NCBI GenBank assembly: GCA_964366335.1
Contig: CAYITQ010000001.1
Coordinates: 41,336 to 105,335 of the forward strand
DNA length: 64,000 bases
Reading direction: 5' to 3'
Source: an uncultured Gammaproteobacteria bacterium
GTDB taxonomy: Bacteria; Patescibacteriota; Microgenomatia; CAZETR01; Amesbacteraceae
Part shown: positions 37,212-47,051 of the stretch, piece after piece
How positions within the stretch are numbered: the first letter of the stretch is position 1
Layout: every line of letters starts with the position of its first letter
Notes under the pieces: generated by a model
Told to the model about the DNA's origin: nothing
Databases searched by the model: none
What the model saw: the letters and a program-made list of their open reading frames with translations, nothing else
Translations under genes and position numbers: made by a program

Positions 37212-40200
37212 ATTCAATCGATACTGGTTGGAAATAATATTTATCCTTCTCGTGGGACTAGTGCCACTTTTGTGGTTTAAGGAGGGATATTTAGCTGCCG
37301 GCCATGATATGAGCTATCCATTAGCACCTATAGATTTTTGGCTTGATAGGTTATTTGTTTGGACAGATAGGATAGGAAGTTTTGGTTCAAATCAGACTGA
37401 TGCAATCCCTGGTATTTTTATACACGGACTGCAGGCACTTTTTTATTATGTTACAGGTTCATTACAACTAGCCCAAAAACTTGATTTTATTTTTTGGTTT
37501 GCCCTCCCGGGAATAACAATGTATATTTTACTTCGATCTCTCCACTCCAAAAAAGAAGAGTACATTATAAGAATATCGGGTTCTTTGTTCTATATGTTGA
37601 ACCACTATTTACTCCAAGGATGGATTATTGCTGAGATGTCAAAGTTTTCTATAGTTGCCGCCATTCCACTGATAGTACTTTTTACCGTGAATGTAATGTA
37701 TAAAGAGATGTCTATTATTAAGAACGCACTCCTTGTTGGATTTACTCTTTTTTTTCTCAATGGCGGAGCCGGAATTCCTTTGTGGGGTGGTTTGGCCATA
37801 GTCTGGATAACTACCATTGTGGTGTTGTTTATATTAAATCCTCGGCTTATATGGCACAAACTGCGCCGGGGACTGGTCTTTATTTTTCTTTCCACTCTTT
37901 TTATTGGTGTCCTCAACTGGTATTGGATTTATCCTTATGTGCAGTCCTTTAGCCAGAACTATACCACCAGAGTGGCATCCAGTGGTGGTAACGAAGGGGC
38001 AATTAGATGGAGTCAGGAAATAAGTAAAAACGCCAGTTTTGATAATTTAATCAAATTACAAAGTATTCCCGATTGGTACGACAACCCCGAACATCCTTAT
38101 GCTAATAATTTTTTTAACAACGACTTCTTAATCTTTCTAAGTGTGGTGATCCCCCTGGTTAGCTTTGTGGGTCTCTGGAGCAAGAAGAATGAACAAAGAC
38201 ACCAATTGGTGTATAAAGTGCTGGCTCTGGGAATTATCATAGTGGCCTTACCTTTTGTAGCGGGGAGTCATTTACCTACCGGTGTAGTCTACGACTTTCT
38301 GCTTAAGAATCTTCCCGGGTTTTCCATATTCCGTACTCCATTTTATAAATTTGCCATGGTTTTGTGGTTTGCCTATTCTTATTTATTTGGTGTCGGTCTA
38401 AAAAACATTATTGACACTATTAAAGTTCGTCAATTTTTTACCATCGGAATTTTTGGTGTTTCCCTAATAATGCTTGGTATCTATAATTATCCATTCTTTA
38501 CGGGGTCTTTTTTCAACTGGTCAAAAAAATACTCAACCATGGTCAAAGTACCTAGTTATATTTTCTCCGCGAAAGACCAGATAGACAGTAACAAATTCTC
38601 CACCCACACTCTTATTTTACCACAGCTTGACCCTAGAACTAAGTACGAGACTAATGATTGGAAATATTTTAGTCTCTCCACCATTCCCAGCATACTTACC
38701 CGCCGGCCGGTAGTAATCAATGATGCCACTCTTATAAATTGGGAAGACGTTTTGGTCAGTGCTGTGTATACTCAATTGCAAAAGAAAGGTGACTCTCAGC
38801 TGTTAGATTATACTGGCGTGGACACGGCAATTTGGAGAAATGACTTTTCTAGCCGTGATGACACACAGTATTCTATTAAAGCAAATAGAACCATCCTTGA
38901 TAACAATAAAAAGTTTACATTCCGAAAAAGAATTGGTCAATGGGATTTTTATGATATAGCCAGCGAAAACTTAAAGCCCTTAATATATTTTCCACAATCC
39001 GTTGTCTATATCAAATCCGAACCCGCATACCTGGCTTATATTGCCGATATTCCTAGTCTGGATTCTCTGGGTGATGCCTTTGCTTTGGCTGATCCGGTAA
39101 ACCCCATGGATATTATTAAGAACAAGATTTCACAATATGTGGTTCAGGCTTCGTGTATTAATTGTGATCTGAAAAAAACCGAAAGTGTGTCCATTATAAG
39201 TTCAAAGCCTCCCAGGATTATGCCGGGCGGCAAGTTGTATTGGCTTATTAGACTTAGGGAAAAGAATGTGAGAAAAAAGATTGTTGAGGTGCCAAAGTTG
39301 ATAGACTTTGATTTAGGTATCATGGCCAAAAATGCCGCAGCCTTGAAAGTGTTAATTGTAAACAAAAGCAAAGATAAAGCAGTTGAAAGCATAATAAATG
39401 ACTGGTATGCCCGTTTGGACAAAATCAAGTCAAACTATCTTTCAATTCAAGATCAAAGTTTAAAACAAGAAAAATCAAAAGATATTTATCGTTATTTGTG
39501 GTCTTTCGTTCTCGGTAGTCAGGAGTGGAAACATCTTGCAGAAAGCCCATCAACAGTCGAAAAACTGTCAGCTTTTGAAAATGATACCCGTTTGTATATT
39601 AACGAGTTGGGTTTGAAACCTGCTACGCTCCCGCCTTCTTTTGTCGAAAAAATGGTCTACAAAGTGACTATTCCTGTAGAGGGAAATTACCAAATCAGCC
39701 TCTATTCGGATCTTTTGACAAAAAGTAGCGTTGTCATTCTGGATGATAATCCAATCGGCATTAGTCGGTATTCCCCGGTCCGTAAATGGTTTCAGAGTGA
39801 GTTTATAAAACTTAGTGCGGGGGAACATACTCTTTCTTTGTCGAAATCCACGAAAAAACCTGAAGTCTATAATAATGTAGAATTGGAAGCTCCGTCTGCT
39901 AAATTAGTATGTTCTGACATTGATCTGGGTAATGTTGATCCAGAAAACACCTACACAATCCGATTCAATTATAGCAGCATTTCGGATCGGCCGCTTAATT
40001 TTCAAGCTCTTGAAAAGAGTGAGACCGCAACTGAATGGACTGTCAATAAAGTTTATCCAAATGTAAAGGAGTTATCAAAATCATATCAGGTCGATTTCAA
40101 ATATGAACCGGGAGCGCTTGCTGGGACCCTGTCTTTACGGTTCTGTATGGATGGATATTATTTATCACCAACATATGCCAAAGTCGAAGACTTGTCCATG

Positions 40201-40719
40201 GAAGAAGTCTCACCTGAACCGTTAGTGTTTATCACGTCTACGAAGAAGACTATTGCTCAGGATGCCCCCCCAATAGAGTTTGTGGCTCTAAATCAAACTA
40301 AGTATTTGATTAATTTGTCTAAAAACTCTAATGATTTTATCCTAAATTTTAACTCCCGCTTTGACCAGCAATGGAGAATTAGGGAAGTGGATACAATGAC
40401 AGCCAATAAGTTTTTTACCGGAGAAACTAAGGCCTACTTGAGTGGAAAAGTGATTGAATACGAAAGACAGGATAAGCATATTTTCACAGATAACCTTTTT
40501 CCCAGATTAACCAGATCGGAGTATGTTCCTCAATTTACTCTTAATGTTTTTAGTAATGCTTGGTTCTTAGAAGGAAATACTGACTCTGGTCCCAAGACCT
40601 ATCTTTTGGAATATATTTATCAAAATACTCTCTATAAAACAAGCATATTCAGTGGGGTAGCATTTGTATTATTGTTGGTCCTTTACTTTTGGATTAATAA
40701 ACATGAGAAATTTAATTAA
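37198..40719 (+). CDS. Large GT-C protein (AftD/DUF3367-like), paralog of 34095-37211
   Basis: Shared blocks 'GHDM.', 'DRL..WTDR.G.FGSN', 'IPDWY..P.HPYAN.FF', 'IEFVALNQTKYL'. Confidence 0.72.
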   Translation: MKLPKFNRYWLEIIFILLVGLVPLLWFKEGYLAAGHDMSYPLAPIDFWLDRLFVWTDRIGSFGSNQTDAIPGIFIHGLQALFYYVTGSLQLAQKLDFIFWFALPGITMYILLRSLHSKKEEYIIRISGSLFYMLNHYLLQGWIIAEMSKFSIVAAIPLIVLFTVNVMYKEMSIIKNALLVGFTLFFLNGGAGIPLWGGLAIVWITTIVVLFILNPRLIWHKLRRGLVFIFLSTLFIGVLNWYWIYPYVQSFSQNYTTRVASSGGNEGAIRWSQEISKNASFDNLIKLQSIPDWYDNPEHPYANNFFNNDFLIFLSVVIPLVSFVGLWSKKNEQRHQLVYKVLALGIIIVALPFVAGSHLPTGVVYDFLLKNLPGFSIFRTPFYKFAMVLWFAYSYLFGVGLKNIIDTIKVRQFFTIGIFGVSLIMLGIYNYPFFTGSFFNWSKKYSTMVKVPSYIFSAKDQIDSNKFSTHTLILPQLDPRTKYETNDWKYFSLSTIPSILTRRPVVINDATLINWEDVLVSAVYTQLQKKGDSQLLDYTGVDTAIWRNDFSSRDDTQYSIKANRTILDNNKKFTFRKRIGQWDFYDIASENLKPLIYFPQSVVYIKSEPAYLAYIADIPSLDSLGDAFALADPVNPMDIIKNKISQYVVQASCINCDLKKTESVSIISSKPPRIMPGGKLYWLIRLREKNVRKKIVEVPKLIDFDLGIMAKNAAALKVLIVNKSKDKAVESIINDWYARLDKIKSNYLSIQDQSLKQEKSKDIYRYLWSFVLGSQEWKHLAESPSTVEKLSAFENDTRLYINELGLKPATLPPSFVEKMVYKVTIPVEGNYQISLYSDLLTKSSVVILDDNPIGISRYSPVRKWFQSEFIKLSAGEHTLSLSKSTKKPEVYNNVELEAPSAKLVCSDIDLGNVDPENTYTIRFNYSSISDRPLNFQALEKSETATEWTVNKVYPNVKELSKSYQVDFKYEPGALAGTLSLRFCMDGYYLSPTYAKVEDLSMEEVSPEPLVFITSTKKTIAQDAPPIEFVALNQTKYLINLSKNSNDFILNFNSRFDQQWRIREVDTMTANKFFTGETKAYLSGKVIEYERQDKHIFTDNLFPRLTRSEYVPQFTLNVFSNAWFLEGNTDSGPKTYLLEYIYQNTLYKTSIFSGVAFVLLLVLYFWINKHEKFN

Positions 40720-41017
40720 AATCGCAATCAATTTGATAGCTAACGCTCCAAAACTTTCTTTGCTTATAATTTTTTATATTGCACTCAGAGACATTGCAAT
40801 TTTTATTCCTTATCTTAATTTATTTATCCAGGGTTTGGAAAATAGGCTCGCGATAGTGTGGCTATTGGCTTTAATCATATATAGATTTTCTCAAAACTCT
40901 ATCGTGGCTTGGATTCTAATTTTCTTGTTTTTGAGTATGTTTGGAATTCGCGTCGGTTTGATAATTTATACTTCCTCAATACTAATGTTCTTTAAGCATT
41001 TAAGGAGAATGAGATGA
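40703..41017 (+). CDS. Small membrane protein
   Basis: 104-aa hydrophobic ORF overlapping both neighbours. Confidence 0.6.
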   Translation: MRNLIKIAINLIANAPKLSLLIIFYIALRDIAIFIPYLNLFIQGLENRLAIVWLLALIIYRFSQNSIVAWILIFLFLSMFGIRVGLIIYTSSILMFFKHLRRMR

Positions 41018-42750
41018 AAGATTTAATTTCAATAATTATTCCCACCAAAAATGCTGCAGGACATCTTAAGAATTTATTGCCTTCACTTGTTGGTCAAACT
41101 TATAAAGATTTTGAAGTAATCATAAATGATGACAAGGCTACGAGTGACGATACGAAAAGTTTATTAAAAAAGTTTGAAAACAAGATCAAAATTAAGTATG
41201 TCCATGAAAATGTCAGTATGGCGCAGGGAAGAAAAAGTGGCGCAAAACACACCGGCGGAAAATATCAGCTCCATCTTGATGCCGATATGTCTTTATCACC
41301 AAGGGTTTTAAAATTCTGTCTCAAAGAAATTCACAAAGGATATGATGCGTTAGTAATTCCTGAAATTTCATACGGAAAAGGATATTGGACTAAAGTAAAA
41401 GCTTTTGAAAGAAGCCTCTATGTGGGAGACAGCACAAGGGAATCAGCACGGTTTATTAAAAGTGCTGTTTATGAAAGTATCGGAGGACATAATCCCAAAA
41501 TGGTTTTGTCGGAAGATAAAGACTTAGACTTAAGAGTCCGAAAAGCCGGTTTTAGGGTGGGTAGAATCAACGAACCTATTTATCATAATGAAGGAAATTT
41601 AAGTCTAAAAAAGGATCTACAAAAAAAGTTTTTTTACGGCCAGACGGCTCATGTGTTTATAGCTGAAAACCCAAAACACGCCTTCAATCAGGCTAATTTA
41701 ATTTTCAGAGCTGCGTATTTTAGACATTGGAAGAAATTGTTAACTCATCCTGACTTATCACTGGGCATGTTTTTAATGAAAATACTGGAAACACTTGCCG
41801 CTCTTTGGGGTTTAATAACCACTATTCAAGTAATATTTACAAATAAGACTCTTGAAAATCTTAAGGATTATGAACCCATGAAGGAAAGTAGGGTGGAAAA
41901 AGGCTTAATATCAGTTATTGTTCCAGCCTTAAACGCATGTAAACATTTAGAAATACTATTAGTTTCGCTTGAAAAACAAACATACAAAAATTTTGAAGTT
42001 GTAATTAATGATGATAAAAAAACTACAGACGATACAAAAGAAGTATTAAAAAAATTTAGCAAAAAACTAAAAATTAAATACTTTCAGGAGAATATCAGTA
42101 TGGCACAAGGAAGAAGATCCGCTTCCATATCGGCTAAAGGTGAATACCTGTTTCATTTAGATGCTGATATGAAACTAGCTCCTCGAGTATTAGAGCATTG
42201 TTTTAAGAAAACAAGAGATTTTGACGCTCTTGTCATCCCTGAAGTCTCATATGGGGAGGGCTTTTGGGCGAAAGTAAAAATTTTTGAAAGAAGTATGTAT
42301 ATTGGTGACGATACGATAGAATCGGCCCGTTTTTTCAAGACCTCTGTTTACAGATCAGTTGGAGGGCATAATGAAAAAATGGTGCTTTCTGAAGATAAGG
42401 ACTTGGATTTAAGGGTAAGGAAGTCAGGCTTTAATGTTGGTCGAATAAGTAAACCAATATATCACAATGAAGGAAATTTTAGCATCCTTAATTCTATTAA
42501 GAAAAAGTTTTTTTACGGAAGGACTGCAAGTGTACTTATGCTGGCAAACCCGGCCTTTGCCTTAAAATATGGAAACATAGTTTTTAGACCGGCATTTTTT
42601 AGAAATTGGAGAAAACTTCTGTCCCACCCTATTTTAGCAAGTGGTGTTTTTTTAATGAAATCTCTTCAAACAATTGCGGGTCTTTTGGGGATGTTTACTT
42701 CCAAGGTCCCCTTTCTTAAAGAAGATATTAAAGTTGGTATATGGAAATGA
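41014..42750 (+). CDS. Tandem double-domain GT2 glycosyltransferase
   Basis: Two complete GT2 repeats, each with 'FEVxINDDK', 'HLDADM', 'MVLSEDKDLDLRVRK'. Confidence 0.9.
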   Translation: MKDLISIIIPTKNAAGHLKNLLPSLVGQTYKDFEVIINDDKATSDDTKSLLKKFENKIKIKYVHENVSMAQGRKSGAKHTGGKYQLHLDADMSLSPRVLKFCLKEIHKGYDALVIPEISYGKGYWTKVKAFERSLYVGDSTRESARFIKSAVYESIGGHNPKMVLSEDKDLDLRVRKAGFRVGRINEPIYHNEGNLSLKKDLQKKFFYGQTAHVFIAENPKHAFNQANLIFRAAYFRHWKKLLTHPDLSLGMFLMKILETLAALWGLITTIQVIFTNKTLENLKDYEPMKESRVEKGLISVIVPALNACKHLEILLVSLEKQTYKNFEVVINDDKKTTDDTKEVLKKFSKKLKIKYFQENISMAQGRRSASISAKGEYLFHLDADMKLAPRVLEHCFKKTRDFDALVIPEVSYGEGFWAKVKIFERSMYIGDDTIESARFFKTSVYRSVGGHNEKMVLSEDKDLDLRVRKSGFNVGRISKPIYHNEGNFSILNSIKKKFFYGRTASVLMLANPAFALKYGNIVFRPAFFRNWRKLLSHPILASGVFLMKSLQTIAGLLGMFTSKVPFLKEDIKVGIWK

Positions 42751-43760
42751 CTTATCCTAAAGTTTCAATAATTGTCGTAAATTTTAACCAAAAGCAGTTT
42801 ACTTTAAATTGTTTGAAGTCACTGGGGAAAATAACCTATCCCAATTACGAGGTGATTGTTGTCGATAATAATTCTCAAGATGGATCCGTAGGGGCAATTA
42901 CAAAAATGTTTCCAAAAGTCAGGCAAGTTTTGAACAAAAGCAATTCCGGTTATGTGGGTGGAAATAATGCCGGTATCAGACAGGCAAAAGGAAAATATTT
43001 ATTGATTTTAAATAATGATACCTTAGTAACTCCTGGTTTTATTGAACCATTGGTGGCAGATCTCGAAAAGGATCACAGTTTGGGAATAGTTCAAAGTAAG
43101 ATATTTATCATGGATAATCCAAAACAACTGGATAATGTAGCATCTTATTTGACGAATATAGGTTTCTTGTTTCATATAGGATATTTGAATAAAGATAAAC
43201 CAGAATATCAAAAATATCAAGAAATATTCGCTGCTAAAGGAGCTTGTATGATGGTCAGAAAAGCGGTTTTTAAATTAGGTGCTTTTGATGAGGAATATTG
43301 GTGTTATTTTGAGGAGTCGGATCTTTGTTGGCGGGCTTGGGTCATGGGGTATCATGTTGCCTTTGAACCCAGGTCAATAATTTACCACAAAATGGGAGCA
43401 ACCAGCGCAACCATGAGAAGTGCGTTCATTCATTATCACTCGTTCAAAAACAGAATAAGAACGATTATCAAGAATGCATCTTTGACAACTTTACTCTGGA
43501 TACTTCCTGTTCATATTACAACTTGTGTAGTATTGTCAGCTTATTTTTTCTTATCAGGACAGACTGGTGGATCAAAAGCGATACTTAAAGCAATTTGGTG
43601 GAATATATTAACCATTGGTGATACATTAGAAAAACGAAGTATTATTCAAAAAAGACGCAAGCTGGATGATAATGAGATTTTTGACAAGGTTATGAAAAAT
43701 CCGCCATTATCATTTTATTTACATCATCTTTCGTTAGTTAGAGAAAATTTAACAAAATGA
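42741..43760 (+). CDS. GT2 glycosyltransferase
   Basis: 'VVDNNSQDGS', 'GGNNAG', 'LNNDT', 'YFEESDLCWR'. Confidence 0.92.
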   Translation: MEMTYPKVSIIVVNFNQKQFTLNCLKSLGKITYPNYEVIVVDNNSQDGSVGAITKMFPKVRQVLNKSNSGYVGGNNAGIRQAKGKYLLILNNDTLVTPGFIEPLVADLEKDHSLGIVQSKIFIMDNPKQLDNVASYLTNIGFLFHIGYLNKDKPEYQKYQEIFAAKGACMMVRKAVFKLGAFDEEYWCYFEESDLCWRAWVMGYHVAFEPRSIIYHKMGATSATMRSAFIHYHSFKNRIRTIIKNASLTTLLWILPVHITTCVVLSAYFFLSGQTGGSKAILKAIWWNILTIGDTLEKRSIIQKRRKLDDNEIFDKVMKNPPLSFYLHHLSLVRENLTK

Positions 43761-44404
43761 CCGGAAGACTTGAAGCCTGCATCAGGCTTGCTCGAAAAGT
43801 TGGTATTAAGAATAAGGTAATATTAGATATAGGTTGCTCGTTTGGTTGGTTTTGTAAGATTGCTGTAGAGGCGAAAGCAAAACAAGTCTTTGGAATAGAA
43901 CCTGATGGAAAAAAAATCCAACTCGCTAAAAAGACAGCCCCGTCAGCAATAATAAAAGTTGGAATTGCTGAAAAATTAGATTTTCCTAAAAATAAATTTG
44001 ATTTCGTGACTCTTTTTGATGTCATCGAACATGTTCCCAAAAATACTGAACCTAAAGTCTTTGCTGAAATTAATAGAGTTTTAAAATCCGGCGGATATTT
44101 ACTTATTTCTACTCCTTTTCAAAATTTCCTATCCAATATTGTTGATCCAGCCTGGTATTTTGGGCACCGCCATTATTCTGAAAACCAACTGTCAGAAATG
44201 CTGAAAAAAACCGGGTTTAAAGTGAAGAGCGTAGTGACACATGGCGGAATTTGGGAAATTATAGGGATGTGGGTGCTGTATATTTCAAAATGGCTTTTAA
44301 GAATAAAAATGCCTTTTGAAAACTGGTTTGATTCAAAGAGAAAAAAAGAGTTTAAGAGTAGAGGCCTTACTCACATTATGCTGATTGCTCAGAAAACTAC
44401 TTAA
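43757..44404 (+). CDS. Class I SAM-dependent methyltransferase
   Basis: 'ILDIGCSFG', 'FDVIEHV', 'GGYLLISTP'. Confidence 0.88.
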   Translation: MTGRLEACIRLARKVGIKNKVILDIGCSFGWFCKIAVEAKAKQVFGIEPDGKKIQLAKKTAPSAIIKVGIAEKLDFPKNKFDFVTLFDVIEHVPKNTEPKVFAEINRVLKSGGYLLISTPFQNFLSNIVDPAWYFGHRHYSENQLSEMLKKTGFKVKSVVTHGGIWEIIGMWVLYISKWLLRIKMPFENWFDSKRKKEFKSRGLTHIMLIAQKTT

Positions 44405-45412
44405 TTATTTTTCCCAACCATTAGGTCGGTTAGTGTACCAACACATCAAGGCTTTGACAGAATCTTCTATACTCCTTTCAGGCCTCCACCCTAGGAGTTT
44501 TTTTGCCTTGTGGTTTGAAGCCGTTATTTTGGCATCCTCTCCCAACCGAGAAACACCTTTATTAATTTTTAATTTGGATCCGGTAATATTTTGTACTATC
44601 TTGACTATTTCTAGAACAGAACTACCCTTATTTGTACCTAGATTGATAATTTGATTTCCTTTCCCTTCCAATAATAATTCCAGGGCTTTTAAATGAGCTA
44701 TGTTTAAGTCCACCACATTCACATAATCACGTATGGGCGTGTTATCTTGAGTATTAACGTGAGAACAAGTCAAGAAAAAAGGTTCCAACCCCATTGCTCC
44801 ACGGACGGAATTTTGCATCATATGAATAGATGGTTTTTTAGAATCACCAAAGTCACCATTATCACTGGCTCCACAAACATTAAAGTATCTCAAAATCATA
44901 TAATTAATACCCAGTGACTTGCTGAACCATTGGACAATTTGTTCAGACATTAATTTAGATTGACCATATGGATTACTGGGAACAGTGGGGTGATTTTCGT
45001 CAATGGGTACCCGCGTAGCCTTATCATAAACTGTACATGACGAAGAAAACACTATGTTTTTAATTTTAAACTTAACCATCTGGTTTAACAGATTGTTAGT
45101 TCCGGCAGTATTGACAGAAAAATATTTATATGGACTGAGCATTGATTCACTTACAGAGCAAACTCCAGCATAATGTATAACTGCTTTAATATTCTGCTCT
45201 TTATTAAACACATCAGAAAGATCTTCACGAATGTCCCGGGCATAAAAACGGATTTTTTTACTACCGTACCGCTTCATAAGTAACTCAAGAGGCTGACGAT
45301 AACCAGAAGAAAAATCGTCTACTACTACCAATTCGTACCCACCATCCAATAATTGTTTACAAGCATTTGAACCAATATATCCTCCACCTCCGGTAACTAA
45401 AATTTTTATCAT
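44405..45412 (-). CDS. galE: UDP-glucose 4-epimerase
   Basis: 'ILVTGGGGYIGS', 'FSSSCTVY', 'PYGQSK', 'LRYFNVCGA', 'IRDYV'. Confidence 0.92.
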   Translation of the reverse strand: MIKILVTGGGGYIGSNACKQLLDGGYELVVVDDFSSGYRQPLELLMKRYGSKKIRFYARDIREDLSDVFNKEQNIKAVIHYAGVCSVSESMLSPYKYFSVNTAGTNNLLNQMVKFKIKNIVFSSSCTVYDKATRVPIDENHPTVPSNPYGQSKLMSEQIVQWFSKSLGINYMILRYFNVCGASDNGDFGDSKKPSIHMMQNSVRGAMGLEPFFLTCSHVNTQDNTPIRDYVNVVDLNIAHLKALELLLEGKGNQIINLGTNKGSSVLEIVKIVQNITGSKLKINKGVSRLGEDAKITASNHKAKKLLGWRPERSIEDSVKALMCWYTNRPNGWEK

Positions 45413-46086
45413 ATAGAATTTGCAATTTTTTTAACTGCAAGTAAACCTATAGAATATTTTGGGTTTCTCTTAGTATACAAATGATGAGTTATTTCTACTA
45501 AGATTCCCCAAACCAAGGCCCAAAAAAGTTTTGGTTTCCACCTTAGCTCCGCTTCGTCAGTCCTTAGTATATTACAAAATTTAGTGCCATATATACCTTC
45601 TACACAGTAGCCTCTGTTTATAAAATCCTCAATAGTCCATCCTGAAAGATGCGCCTGGAGCTTGTTGTCTTTATTGTATTGGGGGATAAAGCCATTTGGT
45701 GTGACTAAAATTACTTTTTTTCGTGCTGCCCTTTCCATATCATCAAGTAGTTTATATCCATCATCTTTTTCCAGATGTTCTATCACGTCCAGTGCCACAA
45801 CCGCATCAAATGATTTTTTCTTTACCAAAAAATTCAGCTTTTTTATATCACCTAGTATATAAGCGTTATGGATTTTACGTTTTTTACTCTCTTCAATCGA
45901 AGGCTTATAAGCATCTACACCAACAGTAGTATATTTTTTTTCCAATAAACCAATTGGCGAATCATTCCCGCAACCAACATCTAAGATTGTCTTGCAATCT
46001 TCCAAGTGTTTTTCGACTTCTAATACGAAAGTTGCCAAAACAAAACGGGGAAAAGTTTTTTTAAATATCCTAATAAATCTTTTCAT
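45409..46086 (-). CDS. Class I SAM-dependent methyltransferase
   Basis: 'ILDVGCG', 'LDVIEHL', 'TPNG'. Confidence 0.87.
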   Translation of the reverse strand: MKRFIRIFKKTFPRFVLATFVLEVEKHLEDCKTILDVGCGNDSPIGLLEKKYTTVGVDAYKPSIEESKKRKIHNAYILGDIKKLNFLVKKKSFDAVVALDVIEHLEKDDGYKLLDDMERAARKKVILVTPNGFIPQYNKDNKLQAHLSGWTIEDFINRGYCVEGIYGTKFCNILRTDEAELRWKPKLFWALVWGILVEITHHLYTKRNPKYSIGLLAVKKIANSI

Positions 46087-46102
46087 AAGGAATATGGATT
46101 AA

Positions 46103-47050
46103 TCATTTTTTGATTCCTCGTAGGATCACGATGTCTCCGACTTTTAATTTATCCAATATCCACTCTATCGGATATAAAATAACAAAAAGCAAAGTATACT
46201 TATTAGTATCCATTTTTTTCTTAAATATTTCATTTAGAGTGTAAATAATACTTCTACCCAAACCGTCACTTGAACAATATACCATAGACAGATGTGAAAA
46301 GCCTTCAGTTTTAACGATCATTGATAGCGTATTAGGCGAAAAAACAAAAAGATGTCTCGGTATATCCAGATTATACCAAAACTTGCCAAACAGTTTACTT
46401 ACCGCACTATCGATATTTGGGGTTCCTAATATGACTTCACCTCCCGGCTTCAGCTTCTGGTAAATGAGTTGTAAACAAGCTCGAGGATTAGGTATATGTT
46501 CGATTACATGATACAACCGAATACAGTCAAAATAATTGTTCGGAAAGTTCGATATCTTTTCATACCCACCCAACTTAACGCTCACGAGCCCTCTTTCCCT
46601 GGCTACTTTTACAGCGTTTTTGTCAATTTCAAGTCCATACACGTCCCAGTCTAACTTTTTCAGAAGTGCTAGGGTTGTACCCGAACCACATCCTACATCA
46701 AGGATTTTTGCGGATATACTTTTTGGTTTTTTGGGTATTGCAGGAACTCCCTGGACAAGAACAGAAAAAATCCTACTTAAAATTGTTGGTTCGTAATAAT
46801 GTCTTATGAGGTACGAACGGAATTTACTTATAAGTCCACTGAGCCCCTTAATCGACATTTTGTAAGAATAATATTGTTGGCGTGGATAGTGTTTTCTTAA
46901 TACTTCTTGTGATGGTTGTGGATCCAAAAAAACCAGACCGCACCCGTGACATCTTTTGACATCAAAAAATGCCGGAATGTCAAACATTCTGTCCCTTGTC
47001 TTAAAAAGGAGGGAAAATATTTTTTCTTTACAGACAATACAACTTGACAT
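46103..47050 (-). CDS. Class I SAM-dependent methyltransferase with N-terminal Zn ribbon
   Basis: 'CIVC...CHGCG', 'ILDVGCGSG', 'HVIEHI', 'PRHL'. Confidence 0.88.
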   Translation of the reverse strand: MSSCIVCKEKIFSLLFKTRDRMFDIPAFFDVKRCHGCGLVFLDPQPSQEVLRKHYPRQQYYSYKMSIKGLSGLISKFRSYLIRHYYEPTILSRIFSVLVQGVPAIPKKPKSISAKILDVGCGSGTTLALLKKLDWDVYGLEIDKNAVKVARERGLVSVKLGGYEKISNFPNNYFDCIRLYHVIEHIPNPRACLQLIYQKLKPGGEVILGTPNIDSAVSKLFGKFWYNLDIPRHLFVFSPNTLSMIVKTEGFSHLSMVYCSSDGLGRSIIYTLNEIFKKKMDTNKYTLLFVILYPIEWILDKLKVGDIVILRGIKK

Positions 47051-47051
47051 C

